Part shown: positions 52,284-60,806 of the stretch, piece after piece
Numbering within the stretch: position 1 is the stretch's first letter
Layout of the letters: the number at the start of each line of letters is the position of its first letter
Source of the DNA: Nitrospirota bacterium
GTDB taxonomy: Bacteria > Nitrospirota > UBA9217
NCBI GenBank assembly: GCA_963751455.1
Contig: CAVVUN010000002.1
Coordinates: 576,001 to 640,000, forward strand
Length of the DNA stretch: 64,000 nt
Direction of reading: 5' to 3'
Made by a program: the position numbers and the translations under genes
The notes under the pieces: generated by a model
Told to the model about the DNA's origin: nothing
Seen by the model: the letters and a program-made list of their open reading frames with translations, nothing else
Databases searched by the model: none

Positions 52284-53645
52284 TTATGATAGCGGCCTCA
52301 TCCCGGCGGGCCGCTGTACAGCCGGTATGGGACTGGAAAGGTCCGGTCCCCGCTGTATTATCTTGAGAACGTAATATGCATAGATTGAACCGATGGCCGC
52401 AAAGATGATCAGAAAAAGGGTCAGGGACCAGACAACATTGCCGGCAGGGATAGGAGAGATGCCCTCAGCGGTCCTCATCATATTGTATACGAGCCAGGGC
52501 TGGCGGCCGACTTCGGTCGAGATCCATCCTGCTTCTACTGCTACAAAACCGAGGGGATGCGTGATCAGGAGCGTCCGGAGAAAAGGGCGGTGTTCGAAAA
52601 GCCTCCTTTTTCTCAGGAGCAGCACTGCCCATACCATGACGAGAAAATACAGCGTTCCGATTCCTATCATGATCCTGAACGCCCAGAACAAGACCGGGAC
52701 ATAGGGCCGATTTTCTCTCCTGACTTCCTTCAGTCCGCTTACCCTGCCTTTTAAGGAATGAGTGGCCAGGAGGCTGAGTCCGCTCGGTATGGAAATCTCA
52801 AGGATGTTTCGTTCAGCCTCCATATCAGGAAAGGCAACGACTGCGAAGTCAGCTCCCCGGTCGATGTTCGTATCCCAGTGACCTTCCAGGGCCGCCAGCT
52901 TGACGGGTTGATGCGTGAACACGCTCCGGCCGCTCATGTCGCCCAGTACGATCTGAAGCGGCGCAAATACCGCGGCCATTGCGAGCGCAAGCCCGAGGGA
53001 ACGACGGAAGAGCCTTATGTGGGAGTTGTTCAGCAGGTAATACGCGCTGACGCCTGCGACCACGAATACGGAGGTTTCGAGCCCCGCCATGGTCATATGA
53101 TACACGCGGACCCAGGTGGAAGGATTCAGGATTGCACTATTAAAATCAATGACGGTGAATCTGCCATCCATCACAGCAAACCCCGCAGGCGTCTGCATCC
53201 AGGAATTTGCGGCAAGGATCCAGAACGAGGAAATGATTGTCCCCGCTGCCACAAGGCATGTGGCAAGGAAATGCATGTGACGGCTGACCCTGTTCCACCC
53301 GAACAGCATGATGCCGAGAAAGCCCGATTCGAGAAAGAACGCGGTCATGACCTCGAAGGCCAGAAGAGGGGAAATCACGTTGCCCGCCATCTGGGAAAAA
53401 CGCGAAAAGTTTGTGCCGAATTCAAATTCGAGCACGATCCCGGTGACGACGCCGACTCCGAAATTGACAGCGAAGAACCTCGTCCAGAAGCGGTACATAC
53501 GGTAATACAGCTCTTCCCTGGTCCTGAGCCAAAGAAACTCAATGACAACAAGGTAAACCGAAAGCCCGATGGTCAGCGTGGGGAAGAGAATATGGAACAG
53601 CGTTGTTACTCCGAATTGTATCCGGGAGAGCAGAACGGTATCCAT
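52284..53645 (-). CDS. cydA: Cytochrome bd ubiquinol oxidase subunit I (short Q-loop)
   Basis: SRIQF...FHILFP, GVVTG...EFEFGTN, AFFLES.F, ANSWMQTP, QP.KLAA.E, GW..TEVGRQPW. Confidence 0.96.
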   Translation of the reverse strand: MDTVLLSRIQFGVTTLFHILFPTLTIGLSVYLVVIEFLWLRTREELYYRMYRFWTRFFAVNFGVGVVTGIVLEFEFGTNFSRFSQMAGNVISPLLAFEVMTAFFLESGFLGIMLFGWNRVSRHMHFLATCLVAAGTIISSFWILAANSWMQTPAGFAVMDGRFTVIDFNSAILNPSTWVRVYHMTMAGLETSVFVVAGVSAYYLLNNSHIRLFRRSLGLALAMAAVFAPLQIVLGDMSGRSVFTHQPVKLAALEGHWDTNIDRGADFAVVAFPDMEAERNILEISIPSGLSLLATHSLKGRVSGLKEVRRENRPYVPVLFWAFRIMIGIGTLYFLVMVWAVLLLRKRRLFEHRPFLRTLLITHPLGFVAVEAGWISTEVGRQPWLVYNMMRTAEGISPIPAGNVVWSLTLFLIIFAAIGSIYAYYVLKIIQRGPDLSSPIPAVQRPAGMRPLS

Positions 53646-53739
53646 GCAATGCCTCGCAGTGAAGGTATATCATTAATGATAGCACGAGCGGATTTAGTCA
53701 GTTACAAGTCAAATTCTTCTCAAAATGGGGAGAATATTT

Positions 53740-53834
53740 ACCGCGAAGGCGCGAAGAACGCGAAGGACATCAAAACAAAGAGGATTTTGTTTTAATTCAA
53801 GACTTGCAAGGTTTTCTTCGCGACCTTCGCGCCT
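53740..53834. repeat. Inverted pair of triple CGCGAAG units; the second copy is split by the IS110 element
   Basis: accgcgaaggcgcgaagaacgcgaag (53740-53765) faces cttcgcgaccttcgcgcCT (53816-53834) plus tcgcggt (55466-55472). Confidence 0.85.
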
Positions 53835-53914
53835 GGTTTATTGCTGTCAAGTATTTTTATTCTTTTTTATGTTTTATCTTTCTTCAAGCTTTGGCTTAAA
53901 AGAATGACTTCGAT

Positions 53915-54080
53915 CTTAGGTGCGGCACCTCGCCCAATCCTGGTATTAGAGGGTCTCGACAGAGCCCAAACCTTGCTTTATTGGGACTAAGGTGCAAGCG
54001 GGGAGTTATGTAAGCTTTGCGAGAAGGTCGGCATAGCCGCCTTAGATGGCGCGAACGATAATCTCCCCCGCCTGCACGCT
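53915..54080 (-). ncRNA. Candidate IS110 bridge/seek RNA downstream of the recombinase (target-binding and donor-binding loops)
   Basis: Two stem / internal-loop / hairpin modules (53992-54077 and 53933-53985). Their loop segments match the reconstructed target and donor sites. Confidence 0.75.
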
Positions 54081-54092
54081 AAAACATTTGAG

Positions 54093-55352
54093 TTACGCAG
54101 CCTCGAGCTGAAACGATTTTTTTATGTAATCTTCTTCGTAAACGCTATGATCACGTACGACGGCAAATATGATTCCGAGAAGCTTCCGCGCGACAGCGAT
54201 CAGCGCTTTGGTCTTGATCATTCCACGATCGAGATACCGCCGATACTGTTGGTGCATTACGCCGTCTTTGCGAACGGTATTGAGCGCGGCAAAGTACAGA
54301 AGTTTCCGGAGCAGCGGCCGGCCTCGCTTGGAAATGCGGCGCGTCCCTCTATGCTTGCCCGAGCTGATCTCAAAGAGGTCAAAACCGGCGAGCTTCATGA
54401 TCTCCCCGAGGGTGCTGAACTTTCGGAAATCGCCCACTTCGCCGATGAGACCGGCAGCGGTGACCTCGCCGATCCCTTTGAACGAAAGAATCGAGTTGCT
54501 GTAGGGAATCTGCTGAAGTTGAAGAACCATCTCCGCTTCCAGTTCGGAGTTAAATTGCTCAGAGACCTCCATAGCGGCAAGAATCGCTCGGATCTCTCGG
54601 AGGATGCTGGCTTGGCCTTCGGTTACGCCTACGGACGATTCTGCGGCCTCGTAGAGCGCTTGGGCTCGGTCTGCTCCAAGCTTGCCCCGGCTCACCTTTC
54701 TGATCGTCTGGGTGAGCTTGTCAACGCATTGCGCCGCAATCTCCTTTGGTGTCGGGCAGTGTTTCAAAAGATGTTTCGCAGTTGCCGTCTTTACATCTTT
54801 CATTACCTGCTTAAACTCTGGAAAAATGATCGCGATCAAGCCCTGAAGCTGATTCACCAATGCCGTGTGACGCTGGGTGCTCCTCTCTCTGGCCTGGGTC
54901 AGCCTCCGAAGCTCGGCGGCGGGACCTTCCGGGATCACCACGCTCAGGGCATGTCCAAGCTCTATGATGTCGGCAATGACCTTGGGGTCTTTCTGGTCCG
55001 TCTTGTTCGGAGAATTGCCCTGGAGCTCTTTAACTCTCTTGGTGTGCATGGGATTTACCTGTACAAGTCGCACGTCTCGCGCCCGCATGAAATGCACCAG
55101 AGCCTCGGCGTACGACCCGGTGGATTCGTATCCAAAGACAATTTCGTCGAGATTATGGATTTCCTTCGCCCGGGATATCCGCTGCCAGAATTCGTGGAAA
55201 CCCGACCCGTTGTTCGAGAAAGGAAAACTCTTCACGTCGGTTCCATCCGGACAGCGCCAGTACCCGTAATGTTTGTCTTTGCCCATATCAGCGGTCACGA
55301 TAAGAGATTTTCCATTGACTACTCTAAACTTTTTTGTTTTAATCTTCTTCAA
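54093..55352 (-). CDS. IS110-family DEDD recombinase/transposase
   Basis: ADMGKDKH, YESTGSY, VNP, KTDQKD, GIG...A..LIGE.GD..KF, SSGK...ISKRG...LR..LY, AVARKL. TTG start at 55352 follows an AGAGG RBS. Confidence 0.95.
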   Translation of the reverse strand: MKKIKTKKFRVVNGKSLIVTADMGKDKHYGYWRCPDGTDVKSFPFSNNGSGFHEFWQRISRAKEIHNLDEIVFGYESTGSYAEALVHFMRARDVRLVQVNPMHTKRVKELQGNSPNKTDQKDPKVIADIIELGHALSVVIPEGPAAELRRLTQARERSTQRHTALVNQLQGLIAIIFPEFKQVMKDVKTATAKHLLKHCPTPKEIAAQCVDKLTQTIRKVSRGKLGADRAQALYEAAESSVGVTEGQASILREIRAILAAMEVSEQFNSELEAEMVLQLQQIPYSNSILSFKGIGEVTAAGLIGEVGDFRKFSTLGEIMKLAGFDLFEISSGKHRGTRRISKRGRPLLRKLLYFAALNTVRKDGVMHQQYRRYLDRGMIKTKALIAVARKLLGIIFAVVRDHSVYEEDYIKKSFQLEAA

Positions 55353-55560
55353 GGCTATACCTCTTTCTTCGGTTTGGATTACCAACTTGCCAGCTGGTTT
55401 CAAATCGAGAAAGAGTATAGCCTTTTTTAAGTAAGGCTCAATTGCTTTCTGCAATATAGCAAGCTTCGCGGTTCCAAGGTTTTAGTTCCGGATTTCCCGG
55501 GTTAGGATCAGAAGCGCTTCTTAATCCCCGCAAAAGAGTCTTTGCCGCATGCTATTTGGA

Positions 55561-55950
55561 TCACCAACTGCTTCTTATGTCGACGATATCCTGGATAAGC
55601 GCCGAAAGTTTTCGAGCTTTTTTTTGCGGTCCGCTGTTCAATGCTTCAAGAAGCGGATCACAGAAATACCATGTGCATCTCCACGGTCTCAGCCAGCGGG
55701 GAGTAATACAGCCGTTCAGACCCATGAACTGGCACGGGCCGTCGGGGAGGAGGGAAGGATCGTACAGGGGGAGAGCCTGCCCAAGAGCCGAGACATAGCG
55801 GGCGTCCACGGCATCGAGGAGGCAGCGCCGCTGTTTGCAGCACACGTCACGGCAGTCCGGACATGTCCGGGCAGTGTATGCGTCTATCAGCGGTGATAGC
55901 TCGATAAGCAGCGCTTTCAGCTTTTGGGCAATTGCTTGTTCTCCGGTCAT
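55561..55950 (-). CDS. Cys-rich hypothetical protein (YkgJ/Fe-S-cluster-like)
   Basis: CPDCRDVCC, CQF.G..GC, RPWRC.WYFC. ATGA overlap with the cyoE stop. Confidence 0.65.
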   Translation of the reverse strand: MTGEQAIAQKLKALLIELSPLIDAYTARTCPDCRDVCCKQRRCLLDAVDARYVSALGQALPLYDPSLLPDGPCQFMGLNGCITPRWLRPWRCTWYFCDPLLEALNSGPQKKARKLSALIQDIVDIRSSW

Positions 55951-56815
55951 GGCATTTTGGGGAACACGCCCCGGATTATTACGACGGACATCAGGAGCAC
56001 GACATAGCCGTTCAGCATTGCGAATGCGGAGAGCGCGTGATCCGGCGTCGAGCGCGGAGTAACGAGCGAATGGCCTTTTATGACGATGTTGATGGCTGCA
56101 GGCAGAAGCAAAAAATAGAGGAGGCCGGGCTTGATCGCTCCGAAAACAGGAAGCAGAAGCGCCGAGGCGGCGGCAGAGCATATCCACGCGAAGGTGATGC
56201 GGGCTATCTGCTTTTTATCGAGCAGCTTGGTGAGCGACGGAAGGCCGGCCAGTTCATATTCCTCGCCGTGATGCAGGACCTGCAGCCAGAAATGGGGCAC
56301 CTGCCACAGAAAAAAACGAAACAGAGGATGAGGAGCCGGGGATCGCTCAAACCGCCGCCGGCCGCGACCCACCCGATGGCAGGAGGGATCATGCCGACAA
56401 GCGCACCAGGCACTGCGGCAAAAGCCGTCAGACGCTTCAGGTTCGTGTAGACGCCGTTGTAGCAGAATGCGGCACTCACGCCCAGTATGAAAGCGGCTTT
56501 TCCAAGCAATGAGAGCAGCGCGAGTCCGCAAAAAATAAGCATGAGCGCAAAGGCATGGGCCTGTATCGGAGAAAGAGCGCCTGAAGGCAGGGGACGTTGT
56601 TTCGTTCGGTCCATGCGGGCGTCGACATCCTGCTCCTGCCACTGGTTAAGCGCGGAAGCGCCGGCGCTCAACACGAAGACGGAGACCGCAGCAACCAGTC
56701 CGTTTGAAAAAGACGCGGGTGATTCCAGCAAATAACCTGCAAGTGCCGAAAAAGCGGCATATACTGCAATGGGAAATCTGCAAAGTCGCCCGTAGGTATT
56801 GAGAATAGCAGTCAT
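55947..56815 (-). CDS. cyoE: Protoheme IX farnesyltransferase (heme o synthase), frameshifted in a T7 run at 56310-56316
   Basis: SALNQ..E...DARMDRT..RPLPSG, YT.LKR and GA..G..PP..GW are in one frame; FLWQVPHFW...EY..AG.P is in the next. Confidence 0.88.
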
Positions 56816-57759
56816 TTCAAGTTTTTGATGTATGCGACGATCCGATCAATCTCTTTGTTCGTCAGCTGCCCCTGCTGCGAAGGCATGATCGGCGGATACC
56901 CCTTTACCCGGTCGAGCTCCGGATTCAGAAGCGTCTGCCTGATAAAGGCCTCGTCAACAACCACGCTGCGCTCTTTTCCCGTATTGATCACTGTTTCCTT
57001 TTTGCCGAACATCCCCTTGAAGGTCGGTCCTACGCTCGGCGTTCCGTCGATGCTGTGGCAGGAGATGCAGCCTTTTTCCCTGACAAGCTCCGCGCCGGAT
57101 TCCGGCTCGGACGGTTCGGATGCGGCAGCGTGCTGCTCCTTCCCGGCCGCCGCAGCTTCTCTCCCGCCGTACCAGGCATTGAAATCCGCGAGGTTCATCA
57201 CTTCCACTTTCGTGGTCATCCGTGCATGCGCGACCCCGCAGTATTCGGTGCAGAACAGATCGTAGGAACCGGTCTCATCAGGCTGGAACCAGAGATAGGT
57301 CTGCCTTCCGGGAACCGCGTCCTCCTTGATGCGGTATGCGGGGATGTAAAGACTGTGAAGTACGTCCTCTGATGTGATGAGCAGCTTCACCGGTTTCCGG
57401 AGCGGTACCCGGAGCACGCTGTCCTGTTTGCCGTTCTCATACTCGAACGTCCAGGAAAACTGACGTGCCGTGACCTTGATCGGCATCGCGTCAGGCGGGA
57501 CCGTTCTCATATATTGAAAGCCCTTCCACCCGGCGAAAAAAATGAGCAGCACGAGGATCGTCGGGATAACGGTCCAGAGTATCTCGATCGAAACACTTTC
57601 CTTTACGTCCTCGGGTTGCGGATTTCTCTTTCTGCTGTACCTGATCGTGAAGAAAATCATGACCCCGGTATTCAGTAACAGAAGGGTAAGGGAAATCCCG
57701 AGAATAAAGAAGAAAACGCTGTCTGCGGGATTCGACATATTTGGCCAGCCGGTTAACAT
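56812..57759 (-). CDS. coxB: Cytochrome c oxidase subunit II with C-terminal cytochrome c
   Basis: EILWT.IP, QFSW.F.Y, DVLHS, K.DAVPG, CTEYCGVAH..M (CuA site), CISCH. Confidence 0.95.
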   Translation of the reverse strand: MLTGWPNMSNPADSVFFFILGISLTLLLLNTGVMIFFTIRYSRKRNPQPEDVKESVSIEILWTVIPTILVLLIFFAGWKGFQYMRTVPPDAMPIKVTARQFSWTFEYENGKQDSVLRVPLRKPVKLLITSEDVLHSLYIPAYRIKEDAVPGRQTYLWFQPDETGSYDLFCTEYCGVAHARMTTKVEVMNLADFNAWYGGREAAAAGKEQHAAASEPSEPESGAELVREKGCISCHSIDGTPSVGPTFKGMFGKKETVINTGKERSVVVDEAFIRQTLLNPELDRVKGYPPIMPSQQGQLTNKEIDRIVAYIKNLK

Positions 57760-57774
57760 ATAATTCCTTTAAGA

Positions 57775-57862
57775 ATTTCAAATATCAAATTTCAAATTGC
57801 AAAATGCAAAGTAAGGATCAATTCAAACTCAATTTGCAATTTACAATTTGCACTTTGCAATA
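57775..57862. repeat. Inverted 7-mer tandem arrays (TTGCAAA/TTTCAAA) within the cox operon
   Basis: atttcaaatatcaaatttcaaattgcaaaatgcaaag faces aatttgcaatttacaatttgcactttgcaat. Confidence 0.7.
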
Positions 57863-57867
57863 TTCTT

Positions 57868-58149
57868 TTACCTGTACCATATGTCATAAAATGTGAGCCA
57901 GATTATGATCGTTATGGTTCCGATGGGCACAAAGAACAGCAGTTTGAATATTCTTTTTTCATACTTGAGGTGCATAAAGAACCAGAGCACGAGGCTGGCT
58001 TTTGTCGATGCGATCAGCAAATTCATCGCCATGCTCCATTGACCCATGTGCATCCGTGCAGCCTGGATCGTTATCGCAGTCAGGCCGAGTAGGGCGATCC
58101 ACGTAATCATGAACGTGCGTGCAGTGGCGTGCTCTTTGTTTGCTGTCAT
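57868..58149 (-). CDS. Cytochrome c oxidase subunit IV
   Basis: W.ALL.LT.IT, IA..KA.LV..FFMHLKYE. Confidence 0.9.
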   Translation of the reverse strand: MTANKEHATARTFMITWIALLGLTAITIQAARMHMGQWSMAMNLLIASTKASLVLWFFMHLKYEKRIFKLLFFVPIGTITIIIWLTFYDIWYR

Positions 58150-58164
58150 TGCGGCTCCTTCGTT

Positions 58165-58464
58165 TCAATCAAGTGTTCTATTGCAGTGCCTGCAGCGTTT
58201 CAGAGGAAGAAGGGACCAGAAAAATAGTTCCATTCCGCAGACGTTAAGGGGCCTGAGCAGTACCGGGACGCGGCAATCCGGACACCGGACAAGGAACGCA
58301 TACAAAGTATATGCTATAACGGTCAGAGCCAGGTATGCCAGAACCATCAGGTGACCAGCCTGAAAATCCCAGGCCCCGAACCCGAGCAGAAAGAACAGGC
58401 CAAGCCAGCAGATGACGATTATTATATTTTTGGATCGCCGGTTCATGATGGCCGGATTCCTCAC
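58165..58464 (-). CDS. Small membrane protein with two CxxC motifs inside the cox operon
   Basis: Two TM helices, RCPDC...RCRHC. Overlaps the coxC stop. Confidence 0.6.
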   Translation of the reverse strand: MRNPAIMNRRSKNIIIVICWLGLFFLLGFGAWDFQAGHLMVLAYLALTVIAYTLYAFLVRCPDCRVPVLLRPLNVCGMELFFWSLLPLKRCRHCNRTLD

Positions 58465-59072
58465 GTAATGAGATAGAAGAGCGGAAACAGGTATATCCAG
58501 ATGATGTCTACGAGGTGCCAGAACAGCCCGGTATTCTCAAGTTTTATATAGTCATTGCTCGAAATGACGCCCCGGCCGGTCAGTACGAGCGTAAACGCTA
58601 TCAGGCCCGCGCCTATCAGAACGTGAACGGCATGAATGCCGGTCATCACGTAGTAGAGTCCGAAATACAGAATCTTTCCGTGGCTCATCGCGAGCAGTTC
58701 AGGTGAATTCGGGAACACGCCGTGCCGGATATGGCTGCTCCATTCAAAAAACTTGTCGACCAGGAAGGCGGCCGCCAGCACGAGAGTAAGGGCCTGGAAG
58801 AGCATTGACAAACGCTTTTCGCCCTTTTTCACTGCCAATATGGAAAGGGCCATAGTCAGGCTGCTCGTCAACAGGATGACGGTATTGACAGCCCCGAGCG
58901 CTACGTTCATGTCCTTCCCGGCTTCGTGAAAATCGGCCGTATGAACCGTCCGGTATACCGCGTACACCAGGAACATGCCGCCGAACAGCAGAATCTCCGT
59001 AAACAGGAAAAGCCACATGCCGAGCTTTGCACCGACGTAATCACGATGTTCGATGTGAGAAGTTTCGTTCAT
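58461..59072 (-). CDS. coxC: Cytochrome c oxidase subunit III
   Basis: GMWLFLFTE...FGG.F..Y, NT.ILLTSS, YYVMTGIH..HV, GLFWHLVD.IW. Confidence 0.94.
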   Translation of the reverse strand: MNETSHIEHRDYVGAKLGMWLFLFTEILLFGGMFLVYAVYRTVHTADFHEAGKDMNVALGAVNTVILLTSSLTMALSILAVKKGEKRLSMLFQALTLVLAAAFLVDKFFEWSSHIRHGVFPNSPELLAMSHGKILYFGLYYVMTGIHAVHVLIGAGLIAFTLVLTGRGVISSNDYIKLENTGLFWHLVDIIWIYLFPLFYLIT

Positions 59073-59164
59073 AAAATGGGATTATCGCAGAGAGCAGAGC
59101 GCATAGCGCATGGGGTCAATATTTCGCACTTACGCTTTGCTCCATGCTCTATGCGCCATGCGGG

Positions 59165-60751
59165 TCAGCTGAACTGATATGGCCCTTTCGTTACTTCAGG
59201 AATTACTTCAAAATTATCCGCAGGCGGGGGCGAGGCTGTCTGCCACTCGAGCGATGCGCCGCTCCAGGGATTGTTGCCGGACTTCGGCCCGGCCCAGATC
59301 GAACGGATCAAATTATAGAACATGATGAACAGGCCGGCCGCCAGGATCCAGGAACCGATTGTTGAAATAAGGTTCGGTGTATTGAACCGCGGCAGGTAGT
59401 CGTAGTACCGTCTGGGCATACCCTGCCAGCCGAGGACGAACATGGAAAAATAGAGCATATTGAACCCGACGAACAGAAGGTAAAAAGCCAGTTTGGCCAG
59501 GTGCTCTTCATAGAGCCTGCCGAACATCTTCGGGAACCAGTAATGGAGACCCGCGAAAAAGCCGAAGGCAGTGCCCCCGAACATTACATAATGGAAGTGC
59601 GCCACAATGAAATGAGTGCCGTGAATATGCAGGTTCGTAGCCAGCGCTCCGTTCACCAGGCCTGTCAGTCCGCCGATGGAGAACAGAAAGATGAAGCCCA
59701 GGGTATAGAGAAGCGGGGCATCAGTCGAGATTGAACCCTTGTAAAGGCTTGCGATCCAGTTGAAGACCTTTACGCCGCTCGGAACCGCAACGATAAACGT
59801 AAGTAGCGAAAAAAGCATCCGTGCGGTATCGCTCATGCCGCTCGTGAACATATGGTGGCCCCAGACGAGGTAGCCGACGAACGCGATGGCGAGGCTGGAG
59901 GCTGCTATCGCCGTATATCCGTAGATGTTTCGTCGGGCAAATACGGGAATAATGTCGGACACCACACCCATTGCGGGGATGATCATGATATATACGGCAG
60001 GGTGGGAATAGATCCAGAACATATGTTCGAACAGGATAGGGTCCCCGCCCTTGGCAGGATCGAAGAAACCGATACCGAAGAACCGTTCCATGATGATCAA
60101 TAAAAGTGTTATTGCAAGCACGGGAGTGGCCAGGAGCTGGACCCACGAGGTCGCATAGATCGCCCAGGTGAAAAGAGTCATGCGTCCCCAGGTCATTCCA
60201 GGCGCCCTTAGCCGGTGGATCGTAGTCAGGAAGTTCATCCCGGTAAGCGTAGAGGAAAGGCCGATCAGGAAAACGCCGAAGACGGCAAGAGAGATATTGG
60301 TGCCCGTCCGGATACTGTACGGAACATAGAATGTCCACCCGGTATCCGGGGGGCCGCCGCCGGTAAAAAGGGATGTGACCGCGAGCGCAGCGCCGGCTAT
60401 GAATAGCCACCAGGAAAGAATGTTGATCCTGGGGAATGCGACATCGCGCGCACCGATCTGGAGGGGGATAATAAAGTTCCCGAACGCCGACGGGATGCCG
60501 GGGATGATGAACAGGAAGATCATGACGACGCCGTGCAGGGTGAAGATCGCATTATACGTGGCCGGGCTGAACAGGTTCATGCCCGATTTGATCAGCTGCA
60601 ATCGCAGCGTTAGTCCAAGGCAGACACCGACAAAGAAGAAGGAGAGCATCGTCGCCAGATAGAGCATGCCGATGCGCTTGTGGTCCGTGGTAAAGAGCCA
60701 CCCGAATATGCCCGGGTATCCGCCGGGAGTTGTATAAAAGGATGTTTGCAT
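59165..60751 (-). CDS. coxA: Cytochrome c oxidase subunit I (A2 type)
   Basis: TTDHKRIG, HG..MIF, GWTFY.P, GGDP.L..H.FW.YSHPAVY, WGHHMF, AHFHYV, GMPRRY. Confidence 0.96.
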   Translation of the reverse strand: MQTSFYTTPGGYPGIFGWLFTTDHKRIGMLYLATMLSFFFVGVCLGLTLRLQLIKSGMNLFSPATYNAIFTLHGVVMIFLFIIPGIPSAFGNFIIPLQIGARDVAFPRINILSWWLFIAGAALAVTSLFTGGGPPDTGWTFYVPYSIRTGTNISLAVFGVFLIGLSSTLTGMNFLTTIHRLRAPGMTWGRMTLFTWAIYATSWVQLLATPVLAITLLLIIMERFFGIGFFDPAKGGDPILFEHMFWIYSHPAVYIMIIPAMGVVSDIIPVFARRNIYGYTAIAASSLAIAFVGYLVWGHHMFTSGMSDTARMLFSLLTFIVAVPSGVKVFNWIASLYKGSISTDAPLLYTLGFIFLFSIGGLTGLVNGALATNLHIHGTHFIVAHFHYVMFGGTAFGFFAGLHYWFPKMFGRLYEEHLAKLAFYLLFVGFNMLYFSMFVLGWQGMPRRYYDYLPRFNTPNLISTIGSWILAAGLFIMFYNLIRSIWAGPKSGNNPWSGASLEWQTASPPPADNFEVIPEVTKGPYQFS

Positions 60752-60771
60752 AAAGTATTTGCTATGCTTTG

Positions 60772-60794
60772 GTAGCCGCAGGCTTCAGCCTGCG
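60772..60794 (+). repeat. GTAG-type REP
   Basis: GTAGC-CGCAGGCT-TC-AGCCTGCG. Confidence 0.85.
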
Positions 60795-60806
60795 TGTTTT
60801 TGTTCG

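Larger units (their letters stand above)
53833..55465 (-). mobile_element. IS110-family insertion sequence with CT cores at both ends
   Basis: CT at 53833-34 and 55464-65. Excision restores a complete repeat copy. The circle junction creates TTGACA-17-TATATT. Short subterminal gcaata/tattgc inverted repeat. Confidence 0.9.

Noticed and set aside
54147-55430. 427-aa ORF antisense to the IS110 recombinase
   Set aside because: It is a shadow frame with no recognisable motifs; the opposite strand has the full DEDD/Tnp signature.
53807-55483. caaggtttt direct repeat near both IS110 ends as a possible target-site duplication
   Set aside because: IS110 elements generally make no TSD. The CT-core boundaries better explain the restored repeat, the 17-bp junction promoter and both guide loops.
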